Positions 47,130 to 56,293 of a DNA stretch of 64,000 nucleotides are shown one piece after another; the stretch's first letter is position 1; every line of letters starts with the position of its first letter. Source of the DNA: Paraspadella gotoi (Eukaryota; Animalia; Chaetognatha); NCBI GenBank assembly GCA_051294375.1, contig CM119270.1:7640095-7704094 (forward strand), read 5' to 3'. A program made the position numbers and the translations under genes. The notes below the pieces were generated by a model, which did no database searches, was not told where the DNA came from, and saw only the letters and a list, made by a program, of their open reading frames with translations.

Positions 47130-48697
47130 TATGTACTTATCTGTACACACGAGAATTGGCACACGTCCCGCGGAGCTGAAAAAAAGGACCAATTTCTCGA
47201 CTCTTGGGCCTGAGTGGTAGTGGCAGAGTGTTTGCTCTGTTTCTACTCGAGACGAACTTTCTAACTACCAGAGATAATGTACCGGTTGGATCTTTATTTT
47301 TTTATAATCAACAACATCTCATTGGGTGTACACCAAAGCGAAGAGTTGCAAGTCACTCCAGCGAATTTTTCGAGCCGCGATTATTCCCATCTGCCCACTC
47401 CTCAAGACAGCAATAATCTCAGGTTTACACCAATACCAGGTCCTGTCTGGTGACCTGACAGGCTGTCTCCGACGTTGCCTTCTCCCTTCGGCGGAGTCCC
47501 TGTCGGATGAACTTAGGCTGAGTCTTTCTTCGTCATTTTTCGGACTCAGTATCTCATGACGCTGCGCATCTGTGGAGGTATTTTCGGAATACTTTGGGGC
47601 GAGTCCATACCCAGGTCGTCACCCTTATAGTACTAGCACACGTCGCCACGGGCTCCCGTTCGTATTTCTTCGTAGTAAGAACTACCTCGTTCTTTCGACA
47701 AAAGAAATGGACGTGGTTTTGATTTTGATTAAATTCCTTCGCACGGTGTCCTGTCATAAAACTAGAAGAGAACGCCAGAGGCGGCACTTCAATCACGTGC
47801 AGATTTGTCTCGTTAGCGGAAATAGATCGTATCACTTTAAACCTTTTCCCCATCTCTTCTTCATTCCAGGAACCTTGGCAACTCCCCTCCAACATGAACG
47901 GCCATCTTTTTTCCTTTAGGATATATCAACGTCGAGGTTGTTTTAAACCGAGCCGGCCATATCTATCGACATTTTGTGCCGGAAACGCCGCGGAGTATGT
48001 TTATCCTCCTGACAAGGTCATACCATTACTTTACGGAGGAGCGGCACCACCCTCCTCACCTCGCGTCCGCCACCGGCACCGGCCTTGGGCAATCTTTCAA
48101 CTTCGCTTTCTCCAGTGGAGGGGATTCATCCTCCGGAATTCGCGAATCCGTCACGGGACTGCGAGCTTCTCGCGCATTAGTTCCTCGTCAACAACCCCTT
48201 GGGCCAAATCGACAGAGTGCTGGTCCATCTGTTAAAAATCTCAAACGGCATCTTTCGCCGCCCACGCATCCTCGCCCGGCCGGAAGACAAACGCATGAAC
48301 CGGGGTGAACTAGCGCGGTTCACCGGCCCTCAAACCAGCAGGTCCATTTCCGAACCCGTCTATCGTGCGGGCGGGCGTCACCGCCAGATCTCCTTGTCAA
48401 GGAGGTAGACCTCCACTCTCCGCGATACGAGAGTCCTCTCACTTTCAAACCAGTTGGCACCCGTATCCAAATCCATTTCGCATCGATCTCTAAGTTTCCA
48501 GTCGCTCATCTATTTCATCATCTGAGTAAAAACCCGCGGGAACGCCCGACCTAGCGGCCGCCCCGACAGCTCCAAGGCGCTTTCGGTCCTCCGAAGAAGA
48601 TTCGTCGGCGATGCGACAGGTTCCTCAACCTGGCTCGTCCATCGTTTCCATCCCTTCAACCCAATCGTTGGTTTTCCATCTTATAGCATCCAAAAGT
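47130..48697 (-). CDS. large upstream exon, probably of the same gene, with Tudor-like motifs (tentative)
   Basis: Acceptor TTTTTTCTTTTCGATAG at ~48698. Fragments MDLDTGANWFE, LVSRRVEVYLLDKEIW, VGGERCRLRFLTDG and RSPDRTWY...IIAARKIRWSDL resemble Tudor/tandem-Tudor strands. Confidence 0.3.
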
Positions 48698-49589
48698 CTA
48701 TCGAAAAGAAAAAAATCACTTAAGTTCGAGAACCGAATAAAAAACGTTGAAGTCGAGAAGAAAATCGAAGAATATCCGAACCGACCGGAAGGGTAAGACG
48801 TCCGAATCGTTTGTTGGTGAGTGAAACCCCGATCGTTCAAATATCGTCGTATTCCGACCCCTTCCGCGGATCGAAGAACAAACTGTCGAAAACATTCGTG
48901 ATCATTATTGTATTTGGCCTTTAGATTACATGTTTTGGTTTTCGCAGAAAAATTACAAAACATCTCGGGAAAATTTCGACAGAAATAATATATCATTTTA
49001 TGTCAGAGAGGGCATTAAAAATTTAAATTAAAAAAACATAACAATTTTCAAGGAAAAAAATCCTTCATCATCCATCGCTTTTACTTTTCGGGGAAAAGAA
49101 AATTAAATTTCAAAACAATTACCCTCTGTAATCAACACGGGACAAAAACAAATATTTCGTAACGCCACAGATAATTCGAGGGCTGTCGTTAAGCGCAACA
49201 ACGCTGGCACCATGTTTGGTAACGTGGTCTGGTGGCCCTCAAAGATTGACGGATAGAGAGCTGGGATTATGCATAATCTGTCTAATTAGTATTTGAAGTT
49301 ACCTGAAATAATTGTTAGATTGCCCAAGTTGTAAATTGTAATTAAACATGATAAATGATTACGTCTTAATCCCTGAACGAAAAATGGAATGCACTTAATT
49401 CTCTTGCCTCCTTCCCGTCTGTCTCTTCCTTTTGTTATCTAATTCACTAAATGTTTACAAAAATAGGAGCCGATCTTCTTGAGAATCCTACAGGATTATT
49501 ACTTTGAGACTTAAGAATATGTTAGAGAGACAAAATTTGAAACTAAAGTTAATTACTTAATAATGGAGCCTTATTAAAATATTACTGAC

Positions 49590-50419
49590 AGTAATCTACA
49601 AATAGTAGCGAAGCAGGGCCTCGACCAGCCTTTGAAAAGAGATGATGAGAAAGTATCTCTCATGGCCGCCAATTTTTTTCCCTTTAGCTATTTTATCCGA
49701 ATCTTAACTAATTACGATGCAAAAAGTTTTAGAGCGGCCACGTAGAAGAATTTTACATTATTTCTCTAAAGGCTCTGTTTTTAGTCATCACAGTATGCGG
49801 ACCGTTCAATAGTTTTTTCACGCGGTTTCGTGATTTTAAAGAAGAAAAGTATTGGGCGAATCATAAAACATTTGCTTCAAGAATGTTTTATCAAGGCCCA
49901 AGTCGTTTGACTGGTTCTTCGGATACTGAAGCAATTAAAACGCTTTCATCTTCACTACGTTCTTCAACAAGAATTTTTTTTTTCCTGTCAGTCTTTCGTT
50001 TTTTCCTTTTCTAAATTCATTAATGTTCTATAATATTTAACCCGAAAAAAACGCAACGTTTTTTAAAAAGTTACTTTTCATTTTCAATTTTTTTCTTTAT
50101 TCTATGCATTTCTATATGTTTTTTTTAAAATCCTATAGAAACAGGTTTATTATAAAGTCGGCCTTCATATCCTAAGAGCGATTCATAGGAGAACTTTCAA
50201 GCGATTGTGCGATGTTGACAAACAGTTCTTTAATTAAAAAAAATTATCAGAATGGGATACTGCAAGTTATTTGAAACTTATTATGGACAAATTATTTCTA
50301 ACTTTATGTATTATTTCAATTTCAAAGAATTAGTCGATCGATATTTTACGGATTTTGCCAACTTATCGTGTTTGATATTTTTGATTTTACCAACATTAGT
50401 TATACTAGTGCATGTCTAA
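49590..50419 (+). pseudogene. 3' part of an XK-related gene copy, indel-rich
   Basis: Colinear with 60655-61459 (GTAATCTACAAA...GTGCATGTCTAA) but begins abruptly mid-ORF. Confidence 0.75.
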
Positions 50420-50559
50420 ATAATAAATTAGGTATACTGGAAACAACAGTGTTCCTGAAATGATATGTATTTATTGCATTTGCATGCTGAACAGCGAACA
50501 TATCAATTTTTTTGAATAAATAGACGTATGGTGGACTTAAATCCACCAACGGTTCATCA

Positions 50560-50632
50560 GCGGCCATTGGTGCCGGAGGCAACTCATTCGCCTCCCTACC
50601 TAAAAGTCCGGGGTTCTAGCCCGGTGGCCGCC
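50560..50632 (+). promoter_or_regulatory. tRNA-derived module (putative internal Pol III promoter) inside the LTR
   Basis: 7-bp acceptor-like stem GCGGCCA(50560-66)/TGGCCGC(50625-31) stacked on a T-arm-like hairpin CCGGG-GTTCTAG-CCCGG. B-box-like GGTTCTAGCCC lies 44 nt after an A-box-like TGGTGCCGGAGG. ATTCGCCTCCC resembles the tRNA-Gly(CCC) anticodon region, but the anticodon stem does not pair. Confidence 0.6.
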
Positions 50633-50633
50633 T

Positions 50634-50709
50634 AGCAGTTAAGAGGGACGGGGTACTTAACCCGCCTGTAACATGGTGTTACGGCCTGATCCGAAGCTCA
50701 GGGACTGCT
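50634..50709 (+). ncRNA. twister ribozyme, P5-type permutation (copy in solo LTR)
   Basis: P5 AGCAGU/ACUGCU; P2' AGG then GA then T1 CGGG pairing L4 UCCG; UAA (predicted cut U50658^A50659); T2 GC/GC; P3 CUGUAAC/GUUACGG; P4 CCUGA/UCAGG closing loop UCCGAAGC (canonical UCCCAAGC). Confidence 0.78.
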
Positions 50710-51370
50710 TATATTGAACGGTTCTGTCACTAACACATAACAATAATTACTGTCTCTTCAGACGTAGCTTTTAATTCTTTGTAATGAAATGTCAGTAACG
50801 GTTTCTGAAAAGATATTTATTATATGCTGCCGTAACTGCGATGACTTTTATGATTATAAATTATAAAATACATGGAGATCAAATGAATTTACGTAGATGA
50901 GATTATGATTGCACAAAAAAAAATTGCCGATTAACCATGCAATCTAAATTTTTCAATCCTGTTCTACTGAACAGGTGCGGAAAAAGTTTGGAAGTGTGTG
51001 TCTCCTGGTGAAAACATGACTGATAAAAAATTATTATATAAGTAAAAGGTATTAAAGATTAAAGCTAGTATTTGTTAAAATTAGCAAAGACTCATTACTT
51101 CATTAATATTAAAACATAATAATAAAATAAACCACTAGAACTGAATACTAAACTTTCAAAACTGAGCACTGAATTGAGCTCTTATTAATAATTATGTCAT
51201 AACAAGTTCCAGAACAGTAAATAACTAATAATTTTATTAAAAAACGAATCTTTTTAAGACATTAATATTTGATAACTATGGTAGGATTTTTTACGATATT
51301 ATTGATAATTCTATGTTAATGAAGAGACAGTGAATATTATTATGTGTTAATGACAGAACCGTTCAATGTA

Positions 51371-51446
51371 AGCAGTCCCTGAGCTTTGGATCAGGCTGTA
51401 ACACCATGTTACAGGCGGGTTAAGTGCCCCGTCCATCTTAATTGCT
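51371..51446 (-). ncRNA. twister ribozyme in the 3' LTR (partly degenerate)
   Basis: Minus strand AGCAAUUAAGAUGGACGGGGCACUUAACCCGCCUGUAACAUGGUGUUACAGCCUGAUCCAAAGCUCAGGGACUGCU. P3, P4 and T2 are intact; mismatches in P2, P5 and T1. Confidence 0.6.
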
Positions 51447-51448
51447 AG

Positions 51449-51520
51449 GCGACCACCGGGCTAGAACCCCGGACCTTTGGGTTGGGAGCAGAATGACTTG
51501 CCTCCGGCACCAATGACCGC
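51449..51520 (-). promoter_or_regulatory. tRNA-derived module in the 3' LTR
   Basis: Acceptor-like stem GCGGUCA/UGGUCGC is fully paired with G-U wobbles; T-arm-like hairpin identical to the other copies. Confidence 0.55.
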
Positions 51521-51553
51521 TGATGAACGGTTGGTGGATTTTAGTCCACCATA

Positions 51554-51567
51554 CTTCCCCCCCTCCT
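51554..51567 (-). other. polypurine tract
   Basis: AGGAGGGGGGGAAG immediately before the 3' LTR start TATGGTGG. Confidence 0.85.
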
Positions 51568-51727
51568 GTAGGGAGAAGTCTGTTGCATCTCTTCCGTGAA
51601 TTGTTGTTGTTGGTGGAAAGTGCGTCACCAAGTTGAGGCATGTCGCCTGATCTGTTGTTGGCGGAAAGTGCATCGCCAGGTTGAGGCATGTCGCCTGAAA
51701 GTGTTGTTGTTGCTGTTGTGTTCGAAA

Positions 51728-51741
51728 GTCGGGCTCACCGA
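51728..51741 (-). other. primer-binding site, tRNA-Trp-like
   Basis: LTR end CA, then T, then CGGTGAGCCCGAC: 11/13 match to TGGTGACCCCGAC, the complement of the metazoan tRNA-Trp 3' end. Confidence 0.75.
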
Positions 51742-51792
51742 TGAAGAGACAGTGATTATTATTATGTGTTAATGACCGAACCATTCAATGTA

Positions 51793-51868
51793 AGCAGTCC
51801 CCGAGCTATGGATCAGGCTGTAACACCATGTTACAGGCAGGTTAAGTGCCCCGTCCCTCTTAACTGCT
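51793..51868 (-). ncRNA. twister ribozyme in the 5' LTR
   Basis: Minus strand AGCAGUUAAGAGGGACGGGGCACUUAACCUGCCUGUAACAUGGUGUUACAGCCUGAUCCAUAGCUCGGGGACUGCU. Perfect P2 CCU/AGG, P3 CUGUAAC/GUUACAG, P4 CCUGA/UCGGG (G-U) and P5 intact. Confidence 0.7.
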
Positions 51869-51870
51869 AG

Positions 51871-51942
51871 GCGACCACCGGGCTAGAACCCCGGACCTTT
51901 GGGTTGGGAGGCGAATGACTTGTCTCCGGCACCAATGGCCGC
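51871..51942 (-). promoter_or_regulatory. tRNA-derived module in the 5' LTR
   Basis: GCGGCCA/UGGUCGC stem, CTCCCAA anticodon-loop-like heptamer, AAGGTC variable-loop-like motif and GGTTCTAGCCC B-box-like motif. Confidence 0.6.
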
Positions 51943-52337
51943 TGATGAAACTATTGGTACTATTAATTTTTTTTATTTTCATCTATTACAATTCTATGAA
52001 TAAATATGAATAAGTAATTTTTTAAAGAAATTTATCATCTTTCACCCTATATTCAGTCATATCTAAAAAAAAAAAAATTTGCATTGATATTTTGCATATC
52101 AACTTATGAAACTATAACGTTTCAAAAAATAAAAAGAAATATAATAATATTGAACAGTGAATTTTTTTATGAACGGAACAGTAATGTTACGCCATTTTTC
52201 ATTGTGACATATAGTAACTGTCATATAACAATAAAAAACCATTAGCAGTCATAATAGATCAAAAACATTTAATGATAACGTTTGATTGATTTCCGTTTGG
52301 GACACGGTCATTATGGGTGAAAACAATTTTTTCAATA

Positions 52338-52460
52338 TTTTTATCGAGCCTCCCGGCGAAGCCGGTTCAGGCTCGATATTGATTCGGGTCAGCTTCTTTG
52401 TGACGTCGTCGTCGTCGGCGTCGTCGTCGTCGTCGTCGTCGTCGGCGTCACGCTGTTTTT
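52338..52460 (+). mobile_element. 5' end of a HINE/DINE-1-like (Helentron-associated) non-autonomous element
   Basis: T-run, then inverted repeat TATCGAGCCT(52342-51)/AGGCTCGATA(52369-78) enclosing CCGGC-GAA-GCCGG, followed by a (GTC)n microsatellite. The paralogous sequence at ~63690-63710 continues through the T-run without it. Confidence 0.65.
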
Positions 52461-53399
52461 ATATAAAAACTACTTCGCTTTTATAGGTTTGGCTGGGACT
52501 TAACGTTTTATTTTAAATAAAAATTATTATGAATTATGATAAAGTTTTACAAAAGTGTACTATCATAGTAAGTTAAAAATTTAGATATGGCTTCTCATCT
52601 TGAAATAGCTTTGATATTTTCTTATTACATTTACATTTAAGTATTTTTTGTTTGAATTTCCACTTCATTATGATTTACTGCAATATGCAAATGAGATTAT
52701 AGTACTCATTATAATATCCAAATTAGTATATAGAAATGCTTTAATCTAATTTACATATTGCAGTATATAATATTGAAGATGAAATTCAAAAAAAATTTTT
52801 TCAATCAATAAAAAAATGGGAACTCAAAGGATTTTTTTAATGAGAAGCTATATCTTAATTTTAATACAAATAAAAATAAAATCGTTAAAAACCTATGATT
52901 GGAAAAAATTGGAAAAATTTCCAATTGTAAACCATTGTAACATTTTTTGCCTTTCTTTTATTTATTTTTTAATTATATTTTTTTTTTCAGGCCCTGCCTT
53001 TTCTGAATTGTTTAAAAACGAGTTCAGGCTCTCTCTTCGTCTTTCTCAGTCTCTCTCAGTTTCTCTTTGTCTCTCTCTGTACGATCTCTTGCGTGATCGT
53101 TCGTTTTTTGAAAAATTCTTATTATTTCTTTCCTTCTAAAAACTTTTATTATCGCCATTTATTTTTTTTCTCAATACAAAATCCAAAATTTACATCCGAG
53201 ATTTTCGTGAATTCATTTTAGAAAAAGGGAAGAATAACTTATAATGCAGGCAATGTCACATGTACATCAACTTGTATGACTTATTATATATGCAGCACTT
53301 TCCCCGAATAATATAATTGCATGCATCACAATTTTTTTAAACTTTGTTTTATTTTATTATTGTAACTGGACCGGTGGCCCATATTTTGGGGCAAATTAA

Positions 53400-56293
53400 T
53401 GACACTTAAACTAAGAGACTACAATGAGTTGAGCACCGAATAATACTATAGCTACTCTCAAGCTAATTGAGATATCTCAATATGTCTAGTTTGACAATAA
53501 CTGATATACTATCCTAACATATCAGACACCTTCCAAGTCATGAAAATCATTATTACGTATAGTTCATAATGGTTGCCACTGTCAGTAATGAACAACTGTG
53601 CCAAACATTTACAACCACTACAGCACCAGACTGAAACAACTACAATGGGTTGCCACTGTCAGTAATGAAACAAACTGTTGCAACATTACAAACATACAGC
53701 ACCAGCTGAAACAACTACAATGGTTGCCACTTGCTAATGTCAGTAATGAAACAACTGCTTGCAAAACCATTAACAACCACTACAGCTACCAGCTGAAAAT
53801 CAACTTACAAAATGATTGTTGCCTTTACCTGTTCTAAGTAAAATGAAACCACTGTTGCAAAAGTAAGGCAAACCACTACTAGCACCAATCAGTAACAACT
53901 AAAAACAGTTGCCAACAGTCAGAATTGAAACCACTCTGGTTGCGAATGTCGACAAACCACTTTACAGCACCAGCTGAAACAAACTTACATGGTTGCCACT
54001 GTGTCAAAGTAATGAAACCACGGTTGCGAATGCGACAACCAACTACAGCAGCCAGTTGAAACAACATACAATGGTTGCCACAGTCAGTAATTGAAACCGA
54101 CGGATTTGCAGAATGCGAACAACACTACAGCACCAAGCTGAAACAACTACAATGGTTGCCACAGTCAGTTAATGAAACCACCGGTTGCGCAATGCGGACA
54201 AACCAACTCGCACCAGCTGAAAAACTTTACAAATGGTTGCCACAACTAAAATACAATTTTTAATTTGTCTCAAGTAATGAAAACCACGTGTTGCGAAGAC
54301 GACAACCACTACAGTCCAGCTGAATTATCAACTACAATGCTTGCCACAGGTTGGCTGCAGTCACCAATGCGACGGAAATGGTTATTTGCTTTTCAATAAC
54401 AAAAACTCTAATCGCCTTCCAAAGTAGAGATATTTTTTTTTTAATATCAAAATCGGTGGAGAAAACAATCTGCTATTTTCTAATTAAAAAATTTTTGAGG
54501 TGGCAGGAAATGCATGACCCTTTTAACTCTCTATTAATTGTATAGCTTAAAGGACACAAGGATGTATTTATTAAATGTTTCGAGGTCTTGAAGTAGATGC
54601 GTATGAACCAAGATTTAGTCCCGTTTCCATTCCGCTTTCGATAAAATATAGGCAAGAACAATCAAAAAATATCGCTCTCCATCAGAGAGCATTAAAATTT
54701 TTGTGCTCATAAGAATAAGGATTTGCTAAGAAATGTAAAAGTCAATTGTATAAAAACGTTTTTTTGCTTTATTACATCCCTCAGTCGAGAATGCCACGAA
54801 CATACTTTCGATGTAAACGAAGGAGACTGCAGCACCCGTAAACACGACCACCAAGCAAAACTCACTACAAATGCTACGAACCGCTGCAGCAACCACAGAA
54901 ACGGCGGCTAAACGGTGCACTCCACGCGACTGCGCTGCTACCGCTGCATCAAACGCCAACGGCGAGCGAAAAGCAAGTTCCGACAAAACTGCCGGCAGTC
55001 ACCAACGCCACAATGCCACGAGCGAGGTTGCGACGATTGACCACGACGGACGACGACGACGACGACAACGACGCCTGATTTCTGCAGCTCGAATACCCTT
55101 GTCAAAGGAGTACGGAAGGCAAAAATGTTCGCAATTCGACCTGTCGTTTGCACGAAAATATTTTACATTTGGAGACTTTTGCCAAGACGGTTAAGACCAA
55201 TTATTCTGTTTCATTGCATTCATTCATTCATTCATTCATTCATTCATTCATTCATTAAATCATTCATTCATTCATTTCATTCATTATCATTCATTCATTC
55301 ATTCATTACATTAATTCATTAATTAATTCATTCATTCAGTTGTTTTTACTCATCGCTTTGAATGATTCGTTAAATGATTCCATTCCATCTTAAATATCAT
55401 TAATTCTTCAGAAAAAACTGAGACGTCAAAGATCACTTGGACGGCAACTACAGCGACTTAATTAAAACGAAACTCTTAAACAACCAAATCGAAGGTTCAG
55501 GACGGACATCGCCCGCGCCTGCGGAGTTCCGAAGCAGAACGTCGACGGCGTCGCCTTCTAGCACACGGCAGCATCGTCTCGACGCGACGGAGCGAACGCC
55601 GGACGCCGACGTTGCCTTCGCACAGGTGAAGGAGGATGTGACAAGCCGGGGCCTCCAACTCGGAGGCCGACGCTGTATTCAAACGGAGATCCCAAAGTTG
55701 GAGTCCAACGTTAAAATGATTTCGAGGGTTGAAAAACAATTGGACCGGGGAAGCACCTAAGCCAATCCCAATGGGCAGCACAGGCAACCGGCTGTTGCTA
55801 AGTAGGGCCGTTTGTTACTGCCAGGTAATACTGTGAGGTCAGGATTTTGGGCATTCGACTCCAGCCACCGTATTGAAACCCTGAAATGAACTCAAAAGGC
55901 GAAGATTGAATAAGACTGAAAGATAGTGAGTCTCGCGCAAAACATAAGAAGCCGATGACGGTGATTCTGTGCAGAGAGCAGTGACATTTACAAGATTCTA
56001 AAAAAGAATAATAAATAAAAAAAAAAAAAATTAAAGATAAGCGAAGAGAGTTTTGGTCATCGATATTGGCGTCTTCTGAAATGTATATATATATAGAAAG
56101 AATGACTTATTTATACGTAAAAATTGTTTTTGAATTTATTTAGTAATTATAGTTTGAATTATTATGAATGGTATAGGGGAAATATTTCTGTTTCGAAAGA
56201 AAAACCTGTGCAAAACAACGCCACTTGCAATGACCTAAAGAAACTTTGCCGGAATGCTCTACCAAGATTCGTGGGAAAGTTTTTGCGAAAAGG
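53400..56293 (+). CDS. multi-exon mucin-like glycoprotein with Thr-rich repeats, EGF-like and SEA-like domains, frameshifted
   Basis: Repeat exon (~TMVATVSNETTVANATTTTAPAETT). Exon 54785-55189 ends TTTTTPDFCSSN.PCQ...GDFCQD (EGF). Exon 55411-55823 has ITLDGNYSDL...FRTDIARACGVPKQNVDGVAF..GSIV (SEA-like). Exon ~56190-56293 has P.QNNATCNDL...PRFVGKF.CEK (EGF). AG/GT boundaries present. Confidence 0.65.
53565..54350 (+). repeat. ~70-75 bp coding tandem repeat (about 10 units)
   Basis: ACAATGGTTGCCAC(T/A)GTCAGTAATGAAAC...ACAACCACTACAGCACCAGCTGAAACAACT repeated. Confidence 0.9.
55205..55340. repeat. (TTCA)n intronic microsatellite
   Basis: Direct inspection. Confidence 0.9.

Larger units (their letters stand above)
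50527..50760 (+). mobile_element. solo LTR (234 bp) of the tRNA-head/twister LTR family
   Basis: TATGGTGG...CTCTTCA flanked by GACG/GACG (GACGTA if the LTR starts at TG, 50529). The paralogous empty site ATAGACGTAGC is seen at 61547-61557. Reverse complement of the repeats at 51320-51553 and 51742-51962. Confidence 0.9.
51320..51962 (-). mobile_element. 643-bp non-autonomous LTR retroelement (TRIM-like) with tRNA-like module and twister ribozyme in both LTRs
   Basis: Direct repeats at 51742-51962 (5' LTR) and 51320-51553 (3' LTR), 422 nt apart with about 12 substitutions and no indels over ~205 nt. PBS after the 5' LTR, PPT before the 3' LTR, TTAA on both flanks (51316-19, 51963-66). Confidence 0.9.

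Noticed and set aside
48740-48800. Plus-strand KIEEYPNRP resembling a SETDB1 Tudor segment
   Set aside because: Short isolated match on the strand opposite the coding signal; likely chance.
50560-50632. Functional tRNA-Gly(CCC) gene
   Set aside because: Anticodon and D stems do not pair and the T loop is non-canonical; treated as a tRNA-derived module of a repeat.
51519-51530. CTGATGA hammerhead core on the strand opposite the twister (also 51942-51948)
   Set aside because: No stem II followed by GAAA and no stem III/UH site, so it is not a hammerhead.
51320-51962. LTR pair as an assembly duplication
   Set aside because: The copies differ by substitutions at a constant 422-nt offset and have PBS, PPT and TSD, unlike the indel-rich artefactual duplications elsewhere.
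53565-54350. CRISPR-like regularly spaced repeats
   Set aside because: Whole units repeat with no unique spacers, the context is eukaryotic, and the units translate as a mucin repeat.
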